Positions 63,356 through 64,000 of a stretch of DNA of 64,000 bases are shown piece by piece (position 1 is the stretch's first letter; every line of letters starts with the position of its first letter). The stretch covers positions 147,560,001 to 147,624,000 of the forward strand of contig NC_042997.1 of the NCBI RefSeq assembly GCF_006345805.1. Reading direction: 5' to 3'. The notes beneath the pieces are model-generated. The model was not told the DNA's origin and did no database searches. It saw only the letters and a program-made list of their open reading frames with translations. Source of the stretch: Octopus sinensis (taxonomy: Eukaryota). The position numbers and the translations under genes were made by a program.

Positions 63356-63899
63356 ATGACAGCCGGGACGGGGGCACATACATGAGTGGTGATGTAATGC
63401 ACCCCAGACTGAGTATTTGAGTGGGTGATGGTATGCGCGTATATTCACATAATATGGAAATTGGAATTAAAATCCCGAATCACACTTTCGTTCCCCCAGC
63501 TATTGTTTGACTGTAATCCTCACCTGATCAGGAAATATGTCACTGGATAATGGGCTAAATTACGTACACTCTTACTTGTAATATTATTTTTGAATACGCT
63601 GAATGTTATAATCAATGAAAGGGACAATTGAACGCAGAAAAAACATTAAAGTATGATCAATTTACTGCACGTAGATATTTAGAGATGTTTCACTTATTTC
63701 TTGGAAAATGCATGAAATATAAAAATCAGAGTAACGATTCAGTGAGCGTCATCTCTCTATTAAAATACATACATTTTATGCATTCAATAGTCGTTTTCCA
63801 GTTCTTTTGGTTCCATACACAATCCACATTTTCAGACACACTTGTGCACATATACGTCGCATACACACACACGCACGCAAGCACTAGTCTCTCTGTCTG

Positions 63900-64000
63900 T
63901 CTATGTATGTATGTATGTATGTATGTATGTATGTATGTATGTATGTATGTATGTATGTATGTATGTATCTATCTATCTCTCTCTCTATATATATATATAT
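63900..64000. repeat. (TATG)n/(TC)n/(TA)n compound microsatellite
   Basis: Directly visible. Confidence 0.97.

Overview
AT-rich, microsatellite-saturated eukaryotic genomic DNA. The SINE families and repeat style point to an octopus or other coleoid cephalopod; this is inferred from recognising repeats, not from a database hit. I cannot support any intact host protein-coding gene: almost all listed ORFs are microsatellite read-throughs or decayed transposon fragments. The window is a stack of mobile elements: a mariner remnant, a near-full-length decayed RTE LINE with three C-terminal C2H2 fingers, two Tx1/L1-type LINE 5' halves, CR1, RTE and HERO/NeSL-like fragments, about 25 tRNA-derived SINE copies or fragments of 3-4 modular types, hAT, MULE and mariner MITEs, and several fold-back elements. 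The most notable signal is a set of Penelope-like element (PLE) remnants whose tails carry type I hammerhead ribozyme (HHR) motifs from at least four families. These include an intact-looking HHR at 6140-6222, head-to-head inverted pairs, a non-coding 865-bp-period partial tandem, and a PLE 3' end followed by a tRNA-derived Pol III head, (AAT)n and an HHR.
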